Of a stretch of 64,000 bases of DNA, positions 13,005-22,654 are shown in pieces. Under the pieces are notes generated by a model. The model did not search any database. It was not told where the DNA came from and saw only the letters and a list, made by a program, of their open reading frames with translations. The translations under genes were made by a program, and so were the position numbers. The stretch lies in contig CAWDXG010000004.1 in assembly GCA_963806225.1 (NCBI GenBank), positions 512,001 through 576,000 of the forward strand, read 5' to 3'. The first letter of the stretch is position 1, and each line of letters opens with the position of its first letter. This DNA is from an uncultured delta proteobacterium. Its GTDB lineage: Bacteria > Myxococcota_A > Polyangia > Polyangiales > Polyangiaceae.

Positions 13005-13313
13005 CTACTTCTTGGTAGCCTGCGCGGCCTGCTCGGCGCGCCCGAGCGGCATGACCAGGTCGACGTTGACGTGGGGACGCGCGATGACGTGGGTGGTGAC
13101 CACTTCGCCCACCCGGTTGGCGCCGTTCACGCCCGCTTCCACGGCGGCTTTCACCGCCGCGACGTCGCCACGGACCACGGCGGTCACGTAGCCGCCGCCG
13201 GTCTTCTCGTACTGGACCAACTCGACGCGAGCGGCCTTGACCATGGCATCCGCCGCCTCGATCACCGCGGCAAAGGACCGGCACTCAATCATGCCCAACG
13301 CTTCCGTGCTCAT
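13005..13313 (-). CDS. BMC-H hexamer shell protein (EutM/PduA family)
   Basis: ALGMIE...AADAMVKAA.V...GGGYVTAVVRGDVAAVKAAV...HVIARPH. GGAG RBS upstream. Confidence 0.96.
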   Translation of the reverse strand: MSTEALGMIECRSFAAVIEAADAMVKAARVELVQYEKTGGGYVTAVVRGDVAAVKAAVEAGVNGANRVGEVVTTHVIARPHVNVDLVMPLGRAEQAAQATKK

Positions 13314-13355
13314 TCGCTCCTCCTGAACCAAACCCGAATTTCTTCAAGTCGAAAA

Positions 13356-14765
13356 TCAATACCCGGCACTTGCGCTGCCGGCTTGCTGCTCTCCGCGCAT
13401 TTCGCGGACGATCTTGATGCCCACGGAGGCGCCGATACGCGTCGCACCCGCGGCAATCATCTTCTGGGCGTCGCCGGCAGAGCGCACGCCGCCCGAGGCC
13501 TTCACTCCCAGCTTGTGGCCGACGGCCTGGGCCATCAGCGCGACGTCCTCGGACGTGGCGCCCTTGGTGGAGAACCCCGTGGAGGTCTTCACGAAGTCGG
13601 CGCGAGCCCGCGCGGCCTCTCGGCAAGCCGCGACCTTCTCGTCGTCCGTGAGCAGCGCGGTTTCGATGATCACCTTGAGCAGCGCGTTGCCTTCGTGCGC
13701 CACCTCGCGCACGAGCCGGATGTCTTCGTAGACGCCCTGGAGGTCCCGGGACTTGAGCGCGCCGATGTTGATCACCATGTCGAGCTCCTGCGCCCCATCG
13801 CGCAGCGCCCGCCGCGCCTCGAGTGCCTTGACCTCCCTGGGCGTGGCACCCAACGGAAACCCGATGACCGTGCACGTCTTCACGTCACTGCCGCGGAGCG
13901 CTAGCTGGCAGCGCCTGACGTGCACCGGATTCACGCACACCGAGGCGAAGCCGTACTGGCGGGCTTCGTCGCACAGTTGGTCGATCTCCGCGTAGGTCGC
14001 GTTGGCCCGGAGCAGCGTGTGGTCGATGTACTTGGCCAGGTCCTCGGGCACGTTCCTGACGCCGAGGCGCCCGCTGACCCGGGACGCGGGCCGACCCCGC
14101 ACCAGTGACCGCACGGCGTCCGGCGCCGACGTCGGGCACTGGTTGTCGCAGTTTTGACAGGTCTTGCAGCCGCCCGCGACCACGCCCGTGTCGAGCGTGG
14201 ACAAGAGCTCTGGACTATCGGACAGCACCCGCGTGATTTGTTGGATGAGCTGCTGCTTCTGGTCCGGTGCCGCGACCATCTTCAGGGACCTCCGGGGGCG
14301 ACCTTCGTCGAGGGCATCAATCATGGCGACGCGCCGCTTGTGGCGGAGCACTGTACACTCAACCGTGAGAAAAGTATCGACGATAGTGAGCGCCAGATCG
14401 GGCTTCAGGTAGCCCGCCCCGAGCGTGAGCACGTTGGCGTCGTTGTGCTCCCGGGCGTTATTGGCGGTGGCTTGATCGAAGGCCATGCCCGCGCGCACGC
14501 CCGGCACCTTGTTGGCCACCATGCACGAGCCGATGCCGGCCCCGTCCACCACGATGCCGCGGCGGGCACTGCCCCCGGCAACCAGCTCGGCGACCTTCCT
14601 GGCGAACACCGGGTAGTCGACCGCTTCGGTGGAGTTGGTGCCAACGTCCACCACGGCCACGCCGTGGCGCTCGAGGTGCGCCTTGATGGTCTCCTTCAAG
14701 GGATAGCCACCGTGGTCCGCACCGAGGGCGACCAGCCCGCCCCCGAGCGCGTTTTCCGGAGCCAT
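13356..14765 (-). CDS. rpiB-deoC: RpiB (ribose-5-phosphate isomerase B) - DeoC (deoxyribose-phosphate aldolase) fusion
   Basis: N-terminal GADHGG, DYP, DGAGIGS..ANKVPG and HNDANVL. C-terminal [39 protein letters not shown] and RIGAS. Confidence 0.92.
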   Translation of the reverse strand: MAPENALGGGLVALGADHGGYPLKETIKAHLERHGVAVVDVGTNSTEAVDYPVFARKVAELVAGGSARRGIVVDGAGIGSCMVANKVPGVRAGMAFDQATANNAREHNDANVLTLGAGYLKPDLALTIVDTFLTVECTVLRHKRRVAMIDALDEGRPRRSLKMVAAPDQKQQLIQQITRVLSDSPELLSTLDTGVVAGGCKTCQNCDNQCPTSAPDAVRSLVRGRPASRVSGRLGVRNVPEDLAKYIDHTLLRANATYAEIDQLCDEARQYGFASVCVNPVHVRRCQLALRGSDVKTCTVIGFPLGATPREVKALEARRALRDGAQELDMVINIGALKSRDLQGVYEDIRLVREVAHEGNALLKVIIETALLTDDEKVAACREAARARADFVKTSTGFSTKGATSEDVALMAQAVGHKLGVKASGGVRSAGDAQKMIAAGATRIGASVGIKIVREMRGEQQAGSASAGY

Positions 14766-14778
14766 CGTCAAGGCGCGG

Positions 14779-14808
14779 ACTATAGAGGCGATCGCGCCGG
14801 CATGGCAA
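14779..14808 (-). promoter_or_regulatory. Candidate sigma70 promoter of the BMC operon
   Basis: Minus strand TTGCCA-N18-TATAGT, 13 nt upstream of the rpiB-deoC ATG. Confidence 0.55.
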
Positions 14809-14886
14809 TCGGCCTGGTGGCCCAAAAGCGCGGGATTCTTCCCGCGACTGTTGCTGCGCTGCGGGGGGCAGCGCGCCGCCCAGCGC

Positions 14887-16619
14887 CTACCGCCCCAGCC
14901 TCCAGTTCAAGTTGCCCGCAGTCCCCGTCACTTGCAGGCGCCCGCCGTGCAGGCCCTCCAGGTGACACCAGGTGCACAGCGCGATCACGTTCTCGTCCTC
15001 GTCGCTGCCCCCGTGTGAGCGGAACTTCACTTGGTGGGGTGTCACATCGTGGCGCGAGCACACGGGGCTGGAGCAGGTGTAGCGGTCGCGGGCGTAGATG
15101 TGGGCGTACTTCTCGCTGCGCTGGGTGAGGTGGCGCCAGGCTTTCCAGAAGGTGTCGCACAGCACGCGGACGAAGCTGGTGCCGCGCGGTAGATGTTTGT
15201 GCATCACGCCGGCGAGGGTGCGCCAGAAGCGCGCGGTGTCGCGCTCACGCCTAGATCCATGCGCACGCTCGCTGCGGACGCGCCGCGCCTAGCGGACATC
15301 TGGCTTTGTGCTTCGAGCACGGCGTCGCGGTCGCCGGAGAGCACGCGCGATTCGAGTTGATGGCTCTCCCGCACGGTCTCTTCGGTTGGCGGCGTGACCC
15401 GTCCGCCGAAGTCGCGCGAGAGCTCGGCTGCGCGCACCTCTTCTTCGAGCTGCTTCACGGTGCGGGCGCGCGCCCGCTGGACCCAGACTTCGGCTGTCTC
15501 CGCGGTGGCGACGCGCGAAACCAACAGCGCGGACTCGTAGCCGATCTCGCCTGCGCCCAGTGCCTGCCGGACCCGCGCACACCAGCGGCGCGCTAGCGCG
15601 ACCTTGGCCTTGAAGCTCGATGGCGAGATACCGAGGCGCTCGCGCACGTGCTGCGACTCGGTGGCGTAGCCGAGACGACGCCAGCCTTCGGCTTCATGGA
15701 ACGCTAGTGCGGTACGCCCTAGCTCCACCTCGCGCTGACCGAGCTCCCGCGAAAGCTGACGGATGCGCGCATCCAGCGCCTGCAGGCTCCCGGGTAGCTC
15801 GAACACGGCCGCAACTCGTCTCCCCCCGGGACCGCGCTCGGTGAAGTTCTCCTCGCAGCGCTGCTCGGACTCATCACGCCAGGCGTCGAGCTGCTGTCGC
15901 CATCTGTTCTGTGCGTCGGCCTCGCTGTCGCTCTGGTCGAAGGCCTCCAGATCGTTTGCCGGCAGCCCGTGCGAGAGCGAGCTGTAGCTCTCCGAGAGCA
16001 GCGCGTGCACGAAGCCGCCGGTCGTGTGCTCGCCGAGGGCGTGCTCGGCGAAGCGCCGCGTCCACTGCCAGAGCCAGATGTCCGCCGCGCTCATCGTCAC
16101 GCCGAGCGTCACCTTGTCGATGGCGCCGGGCTCGGCGGGAGCGGGCGACAAACCCGCACAGGCCACCCCCTTCAACTCGGCCAGATGCGCCCGCATCCTG
16201 CGCACGGTCGAGCCGAGTGCCAGGCCCGTCAGCGTGGCGTCTGTCTCCGGCGTTGCATGGCGCGCGACGAGCTCCGCCATGCACCAGCCGATCGCGCCAC
16301 CCGACAGCGCTGCGCGGAGCTGCGGCAGCTTTGCCACGCGGAATGCAAATAGACGCGACTCGTTCGCCCAACGAGCACTCCGCCCGCAGCGCTCGCGAGC
16401 GTACGCGCCCAATGACGAGAACCCGAGCTCGTGATGCCCGCTTCGCTGCACCTGCAGCTCGAGCAGCTCACCCAGCATCAGCCGCGTCCGGCTCTCGCCG
16501 CGCACCAGCTCGGCCAGCCGCGCGTCGAGTCGCACCACCTCATCCGGCGGAGCCGCACGCGCGCCCCACACCCCCGCACCGGATGCCCGCGCCAAGGCGA
16601 CACCACCCCCGGAAAACAT
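14887..16619 (-). CDS. Large HNH endonuclease (DUF222/13E12-like architecture); apparent frameshift near 15250
   Basis: C-terminal [11 protein letters not shown]...[26 protein letters not shown]-terminal helical region with two similar 'LG(F/Y)..L..Y/H.RER.G' units. Confidence 0.75.
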
Positions 16620-16637
16620 ACACCCAGCCTAGTGATA

Positions 16638-16654
16638 GCTGAATACATGTCCAG
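16638..16654 (-). promoter_or_regulatory. Candidate LexA (SOS) box overlapping the promoter of the HNH gene
   Basis: Minus strand CTGGACATGTATTCAGC (CTG-N10-CAG), 15/17 to the Myxococcus LexA consensus CTRHAMRYBYGTTCAGS as I recall it. Overlaps TGGACA-N16-TAGGCT. Confidence 0.55.
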
Positions 16655-17012
16655 TAGTTCGTGAAGGAATATCGAGTCCGGCGCGGCGCGCGTCCAACGT
16701 GTCCGTTTCCAGCAGGTCCTGGCACCGATGCCGCGTGGTGGGACCTCCGCAACGCTGCGGCGGCTGCGTGGTGTGTCCCGGCCTCGAGCTCGCGGTGGTG
16801 CGGCTGGCCGCCAGCGCTGTGCCCGGTCGTGCCGAAGTGTGCGCCGATGCGAGAGCGCACGAAGGCGTGCCCCTCCAAGGCCGTTCGACCAGGGGCGGGT
16901 CCGCGACGGACACGCCGACGCAGAAGAGTTCGACCATTCGAGGGGTCTCGATCGTTTCCAGGTTACGGCTCTGACAATTTCGACAGATTCCTGTTCAATA
17001 GATTCCTGTTCG

Positions 17013-17558
17013 ATGACCGGAAAGAACTCGGGGGGGAATTGGCTCGCGGATTTCCATGCGGGCACGCCCGGCGCGCTCGAGGACTTCTACCGGGTTTACT
17101 ACCCGACCGTCGATCGGGCGGTGGGGCGGATCATCGACGGAGCCGACCGCGAGACAGTGGTCCACGAGGTGTTCCTGCGCGTGCTGTCCAGCGCCGAGTT
17201 CCGGCAGGGGCTGCGCGGCGGATCGCCAGCGGCGTGGATCGGGACGGTCGCGCGCAACCAGGCCATCGACTACCGGCGCCGGCGCGGGCGGGAGATCCCG
17301 CAGGCCGAGCCGAGCGGTCGTCTGGACGGCGACGACTCCCGCGAAGAGGCTGCCACGGTAGCTCGTCTGCTGGTCGAGCGCTTCCGGTCCGAGGTGTTGC
17401 CGGAAAAGTGGGCGCCCGTGTTCGACGCGTGCTTCGTCGGTGAGCTGACGCAGCGTCAAGCCGCCGACATGCTCGGCATGTCGCGCACCACGCTCCTCTA
17501 CCAGCAGCACCGCATCCGCGCGCTGCTGCGCGCATTCCTGCTGGAGGAGGACGCATGA
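17013..17558 (+). CDS. ECF sigma factor
   Basis: Region 2 (VVHEVFLRVL...AWIGTVARNQAIDYRRR) and region 4 HTH (LTQRQAADMLGMSRTTL). Confidence 0.85.
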   Translation: MTGKNSGGNWLADFHAGTPGALEDFYRVYYPTVDRAVGRIIDGADRETVVHEVFLRVLSSAEFRQGLRGGSPAAWIGTVARNQAIDYRRRRGREIPQAEPSGRLDGDDSREEAATVARLLVERFRSEVLPEKWAPVFDACFVGELTQRQAADMLGMSRTTLLYQQHRIRALLRAFLLEEDA

Positions 17559-18279
17559 CGCGCTGCAAGGAGCGGCGGCTAGTCGACCGCCATTTCGAGC
17601 TCCGCCTGGACGCGGCCGGCGAGCGCCGGTTGCGGGAGCACCTGTCAGACTGCGCGGCATGCCGCCGCTACTACGAGCGCTGGCAGCTCTTCGAGAAGCT
17701 CGACCCCGCGCGCGCAGCGATCCGCAGGAGCGGCTCGCCTTCGCGCTCGGGTTCCGGCGCAGCGCGATGCGCCGCTGGCGCCGGCCCGCGTGGGCACTGC
17801 CGGCAGCGCTTGTCGCCGCCGCAGCGTGCGTCGCACTACTGGTCATGCGTCCGCGCCCGGCCCCGGAGTTCCAGGCGCGCGGAATCGTGGCCGAGCCGCG
17901 CATCTCCGCGTATCGCGTCTTGCCGAACGGCAAGTCGTCGGTGCTCGGCGACTCGATGCGCGCGAATGACGAGCTGGCATTCGCGTACGACAACACGCGC
18001 CGCGCGACGCGCTTGATGATCTTCGGAGTCGACGACCGTCAGCACGTGTATTGGTATTTCCCCGCGTGGGTCGACCCGGCGAAGTCGCCTGTGGCAGTCT
18101 CGATCACCGTGGGGCGACACGAGCTGCCGGAAGCGGTCGCGCAGCATCTCGAAGTGGGGACGCTGACGCTGTACGCGGTGTTCACCGACAAGGCGACCAC
18201 GGTGCGCGACGTGGAGGGCTCGCTCGGTCGCTACACCAAGGCCGCGGCCTGGTCGAAGCGCGTACGGGTGACGCCATGA
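17555..18279 (+). CDS. Zinc-finger (HxxxCxxC) anti-sigma factor with TM helix and periplasmic domain; apparent frameshift near 17710
   Basis: LREHLSDCAACRRY in ORF 17555. TM (ALPAALVAAAACVALLV), FQARG and a DUF4384-like beta domain in ORF 17659-18279. ATGA overlap with the sigma gene. Confidence 0.78.
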
Positions 18280-20285
18280 GAGCGCTGTTCGCCGCTGCCC
18301 TCGCGCTGTTGCTCGCGGCCTGCACGGGCGATCTGCCGCTGGACAATCGCCCCTGCCCCTGCACCGCCGGCTACACCTGCTGCGAGCTCACGAACACCTG
18401 CCTGAAGTCCGGCGCGAAGTGCGGACCGTCGGAGCTGGTGCACCTGCTCGGCGCGCCCGGCGGCACGGGCACGATCGATGGCACCGGTGAGGTAGCCCGC
18501 CTGGCGAATCCCACGAGCATCGTCGGCGACGACAGCTTCCTGTACGTCAGCGTATCGGGCGGGTACTGGTTCTACCCACCAGATGGCGGCGCAGAAGACT
18601 GGCCTCTGTACCTTTGTCGCCAGGACTATTGTCCGGACACCTATGACCCCGCTACTGCGCCTCCTCTCGTCGGTCCATGCATGACGGAACACTGTCCGGG
18701 CCTTTTCGCCCCGGGCGTCCGGCGGATCTCCCGCAAGACCGGGGACGTGACCTGGCTGGTCGAGAGCCACTACATTGGCTCGCTTGCGCTCGTACGATCC
18801 GTCCTTGTCGGCGCCCTCGATGACGATTTGGCGCCGGCCTGGACCCCGGCAGCGGATTGGGTATCCCCTACTCCGCGCGTCATCGTCGAGATCGATCGCA
18901 ACAGCGGCAAGCTCACCCCTCTAGCGGGAGCGAATGCGAGGGACGAGCCACGGGACGGCGTGGGAAAGGAGGCGCGATTCGGTCACATCTACGGCATGGT
19001 GGGCAACGTCGATGCAGTCTACGTCACCGACGGCTCGCTGCTGCGAAGACTCAATCTGTCCACTGCTGCGGTGACCACGCTGATGGGCCCGGCAAGCTGG
19101 AGCGGCAAGCCGCTCACAACCACAGCGAACGGCAAGTTGGGCGCGATCATGTTGCACAACGACCAGCTCTACGTGGTCGACACCGAGAACTCGGAGCAGT
19201 CGTCCGGCGGGCAGTCGCAACAGACCGTCTGGCGGTACGACCTTGCCACCGGAAAGGTAGCCAAGTTGGGCCTGGGTCCCCCCGGGATCACGGGGCTCTG
19301 CTCCAACCCGGTTTCCGGGCACTACGAGTACCTTGCCGGGAACAGCCTAGGCGTCTGGTGCGCTTCCGACGGTTCGGTCTACATCGCAGACACGCGTGAC
19401 AGCGAGATCGAGGAGATACCCCCCTACGACACGCGGAGGACGCTTGCTGGAGCTGCCGCAGGCCAGGGGACGGACAGCGCGGGGCCGTACATGCGCTTGC
19501 CCGAGCCCAGAGCACTGAGCAGCAACGCGGCCGGAGACATCGCAGTATTCCCTCTGCTGGCGATCGTCCGGGCAGACGATCCGTCCACGGTTGAACGGTA
19601 CCAGGTTCCGGCCAACGGTCCCTTAGCAGACCCCAGCGTGTCGTGGTCGATCGCGATGGGGTCGGACAACAAGCTCTACTACGCGAACGGCCTCGCGGAG
19701 ATCGACGAGCTGGATCTCGCTACCGGTGCCGTGTCGCTTGTCGTCGGCGCTCCAGAGCTTGGCGATCTCGATGTGAACGACCTCGCATACGACGACGTGG
19801 GCTCGCTCTACTACTCGGGCTACTTTGGTTGGCGCTGGGGCTTGTGGCGCGTCGAGCCGTCGAACGGCAAGACCGAGCTGATACCGGAGGGCAGTAGGTT
19901 CAGCCTGATCGCCGTAGACGGGACGCGGCAGATCTTTGGCGCGTCTAGAAACGATGCGGGTGAGTGGAGGCTTGGACGCCTGGATCTCTCCACGCTCGAG
20001 CTGACATGGCTTCCGACTCCGCCCGACGGCTGGGAGCCCAGCGCTCTGGCGTACGACCCCTCCGGTATCCTCTACGTCGCGGAGGAGTTCCGCCAGCGCG
20101 TCCGCGGGCTCGTTTTGGCCACGGGTGAGGTGTTCGACCTTGTGGGCAAGCCTGGCGAGAGGGGCCTGCGCACCGGGCCGCTGGCGACGGCGCGCTTGAA
20201 CGTTCCCACGGCGCTCGCGATCCTGCCGAACGGCGCCCTCGCGATCGCGGACGGAGTCGAGAACACCGTGGTGGTGGTCCGATGA
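18276..20285 (+). CDS. Lipoprotein with Cys-rich N-terminus and NHL/beta-propeller repeats
   Basis: Lipobox LLLAAC, CPCTAGYTCC..C, and NHL-like units (DGTGEVARLANPTSI, DGVGKEARFG, ARLNVPTALA..DG). Confidence 0.75.
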   Translation: MRALFAAALALLLAACTGDLPLDNRPCPCTAGYTCCELTNTCLKSGAKCGPSELVHLLGAPGGTGTIDGTGEVARLANPTSIVGDDSFLYVSVSGGYWFYPPDGGAEDWPLYLCRQDYCPDTYDPATAPPLVGPCMTEHCPGLFAPGVRRISRKTGDVTWLVESHYIGSLALVRSVLVGALDDDLAPAWTPAADWVSPTPRVIVEIDRNSGKLTPLAGANARDEPRDGVGKEARFGHIYGMVGNVDAVYVTDGSLLRRLNLSTAAVTTLMGPASWSGKPLTTTANGKLGAIMLHNDQLYVVDTENSEQSSGGQSQQTVWRYDLATGKVAKLGLGPPGITGLCSNPVSGHYEYLAGNSLGVWCASDGSVYIADTRDSEIEEIPPYDTRRTLAGAAAGQGTDSAGPYMRLPEPRALSSNAAGDIAVFPLLAIVRADDPSTVERYQVPANGPLADPSVSWSIAMGSDNKLYYANGLAEIDELDLATGAVSLVVGAPELGDLDVNDLAYDDVGSLYYSGYFGWRWGLWRVEPSNGKTELIPEGSRFSLIAVDGTRQIFGASRNDAGEWRLGRLDLSTLELTWLPTPPDGWEPSALAYDPSGILYVAEEFRQRVRGLVLATGEVFDLVGKPGERGLRTGPLATARLNVPTALAILPNGALAIADGVENTVVVVR

Positions 20286-21838
20286 CGCGCTGGGGTGTGC
20301 TGTTCGCGGCGGCGCTGCTCTTCGCGGTCCGGCCCGCGCACGCGGCGCCGGGCCACGCGGCGTTTGCCGTCGTCATCGGCGTGAACCACGCGGTGGATCG
20401 GGATCTCCCTACGCTGCGCTACGCGGACGATGATGCTGTCGCCTACGCCCATCTGTTCCGTCTGCTCGGCGCGCGCAGCTATGTCCTGGCGCGCCTGGAC
20501 GCGAACACGCTGCGGCTGCATCCCGCGGCTGCGAAAGCGACCCTGCCGCCGACGCGGGCCTCGCTGGCAAAGGTGGAGAAGCAACTCGCGAGCGAGGTCC
20601 AGAACGCGAAGCGGCACGGGCAATCCACGACGCTCTACCTCGTGTACGCCGGGCACGGAGCCGTCCACCACGGAAAGGCCTACGTCCTTCTCGAAGACGA
20701 CCGGCTCGATGCGGCGCGGCTCTCCGCGTTCATCAAGCAGGTCGGCGTGGATCGCGCGCACGTCATTGTCGACGCTTGTGATTCGGGTCTACTGGCGGCG
20801 AGCCGCGGGCCCGGCGGGCGGCGCCGGCCCTACGCCGGCTTCAGTCACATGGGGCCGCTGTTCGACAGTCATCGCGTGGGCCTCCTGCTCTCCACATCAT
20901 CGGGTCGCGAGAGCCACGAATGGGAAGCGTACCAGGCCGGCGTGTTCAGCCACGAGGTGCGCTCGGGCCTGTACGGCGCGGCGGACGCCAACCACGACGG
21001 TCGCGTCACGTACCGCGAGATCGCCGCGTTCGTCAGCCGCGCCAATGCGGCGATCCCGAACGAACGCTTCCGTCCCGACGTGTTCGCGCGGCCGCCGGCT
21101 GGCTCGGACAACCTCATCGACCTGCGCCCAGCCATAGCGCGCCGGATCCACATCGGACATGCCAGGAGCGCGCACTGGGTGCTCGAGAACGCCGAAGGCG
21201 TGCGGCTTGCGGATTTCCACCCGCCTCCCGACGGCAATGTCAGCGTGCTCCGCCCGGACGATGGCGAGCTGTTCCTGCAACGCGTGGGCGCGGCCGGCAA
21301 CGGCGTCGAGAAGGAGTACGCGATCCCGGCGGGACGCGCTGCGGTGGACCTCGATGACCTCCAGCCTGAACGGCCACGGGTCGCAATGCGCGGCGCTGCC
21401 AACGAAGCACTTCGTCTGCTGTTCACGCTGCCGTTCGGCGAGGCCGATGTGAAGAGCTACCGCTTTCCGCCGCCCGCGCCCTGCGCGCCCGTGGCCGATG
21501 CGCCGGATCGAGCGCCACAGCAGGCCGCGTGGCGCAAGCCCACGGGGACCGTCCTGCTCGGCGTGGGCGCGGCCGCGGCGGTGACCGGCGGCGCTCTGCT
21601 CCTGTCCGCCGCGAACACCCGCTCCGGAGCGGGCACGCTTTCGCAGCGCGACATCGCCGAGGAGAACGCGCGCATCGCCGATCGAAACCTCGGCGCGAAG
21701 ATCTCGTTCGGGGTGGCGGGCGCCGCGGTCGTCTCGGGGCTCGCCGTGCTGCTCTGGCCCTCGAGCTCGGGCACGATCTCAGCGAGCGTCCAGCCGGGCG
21801 GCGCGGAGATCACCTACGCGCGCCCGCTCGCGTTCTGA
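20282..21838 (+). CDS. Exported caspase-like (peptidase C14) protein with C-terminal membrane segments
   Basis: Signal peptide (..PAHA|A), AVVIGVN, LRYADDDA, catalytic YAGHG and IVDAC, SHE..GVFSH, and ADANHDGRVTY.E. Confidence 0.85.
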   Translation: MTRWGVLFAAALLFAVRPAHAAPGHAAFAVVIGVNHAVDRDLPTLRYADDDAVAYAHLFRLLGARSYVLARLDANTLRLHPAAAKATLPPTRASLAKVEKQLASEVQNAKRHGQSTTLYLVYAGHGAVHHGKAYVLLEDDRLDAARLSAFIKQVGVDRAHVIVDACDSGLLAASRGPGGRRRPYAGFSHMGPLFDSHRVGLLLSTSSGRESHEWEAYQAGVFSHEVRSGLYGAADANHDGRVTYREIAAFVSRANAAIPNERFRPDVFARPPAGSDNLIDLRPAIARRIHIGHARSAHWVLENAEGVRLADFHPPPDGNVSVLRPDDGELFLQRVGAAGNGVEKEYAIPAGRAAVDLDDLQPERPRVAMRGAANEALRLLFTLPFGEADVKSYRFPPPAPCAPVADAPDRAPQQAAWRKPTGTVLLGVGAAAAVTGGALLLSAANTRSGAGTLSQRDIAEENARIADRNLGAKISFGVAGAAVVSGLAVLLWPSSSGTISASVQPGGAEITYARPLAF

Positions 21839-21857
21839 CCCGCGGCGCTCGAGCCAG

Positions 21858-22622
21858 CTAGCGCCGTGCCCCTGTTCGCGCGATCGCAGTGAACGCGCCT
21901 GCGTCCAGGCTGGCTCCGCCGACCAGCGCGCCGTCGATGTCCGCGCAGCCGAGCAGCGCCGCGGCGTTTCCGGCGTTGACGCTGCCGCCATACTGGATGC
22001 GCAATACGCCGGCGAAGGTCGCGCCGAAGTGCTTCCCGATGTGCGAGCGCACGAAGGCGTGCGTCTCTTGCGCCTGCTCGGGGGTTGCGGTCACGCCCGT
22101 GCCGATCGCCCACACCGGCTCGTAGGCGATCACCAGCTTCGACAGCGCTGCCGCAGAGTGCGCGCCGAGCGCCGTGTCCAGCTGCCTTGCCAGCACCGAC
22201 TCGGTGGTTCCGCTCTGGCGCTCTGCCAGCGTTTCTCCCACGCACAAGACCGGTGCGAGCCCGGCGCCGAGCACTGCGCCGAGCTTCTCTGCGACGCGCG
22301 CGTCGGAGTCGCCGAACCACGCGCGCCGCTCCGAGTGACCCACCAGCACCCGCGTGCAGCCCATGCTCGCGAGCATCTCCGCCGACACGCCGCTGGTGTA
22401 GGCGCCGCGCGGCAGCGGATGCACGTCCTGTGCGCCGACTTCGAGGGCCGAGTCGCGGAACACGCGCCGGCAGAGGTCGATGAACACGAACGGCGGGAAC
22501 ACCACCACCTGGCTGCCGCGGTGCGAGCCGAGCTGATTGCGCAGCTCCCGCGCCAGGCGCTCCGCCGCCGGCAGCGTCGGGTTCATCTTCCAGTTGCCAC
22601 CGATGACGGGGGTGCGGGTCAT
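21858..22622 (-). CDS. tpiA: Triosephosphate isomerase
   Basis: GGNWKMN, VGHSERR, IAYEPVWAIGTG, YGGSV and DGALVGGASL. Confidence 0.96.
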   Translation of the reverse strand: MTRTPVIGGNWKMNPTLPAAERLARELRNQLGSHRGSQVVVFPPFVFIDLCRRVFRDSALEVGAQDVHPLPRGAYTSGVSAEMLASMGCTRVLVGHSERRAWFGDSDARVAEKLGAVLGAGLAPVLCVGETLAERQSGTTESVLARQLDTALGAHSAAALSKLVIAYEPVWAIGTGVTATPEQAQETHAFVRSHIGKHFGATFAGVLRIQYGGSVNAGNAAALLGCADIDGALVGGASLDAGAFTAIARTGARR

Positions 22623-22654
22623 GAGCCAGGGGATCCGGTTACCGCGAGGCGGCG

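Noticed and set aside
17013..21838. Craspase-like link between the caspase/sigma cassette and the CRISPR locus
   Set aside because: The CRISPR system is type I-G and 14 kb away, and the caspase has a signal peptide with no TPR-CHAT, CARF or SAVED domain.
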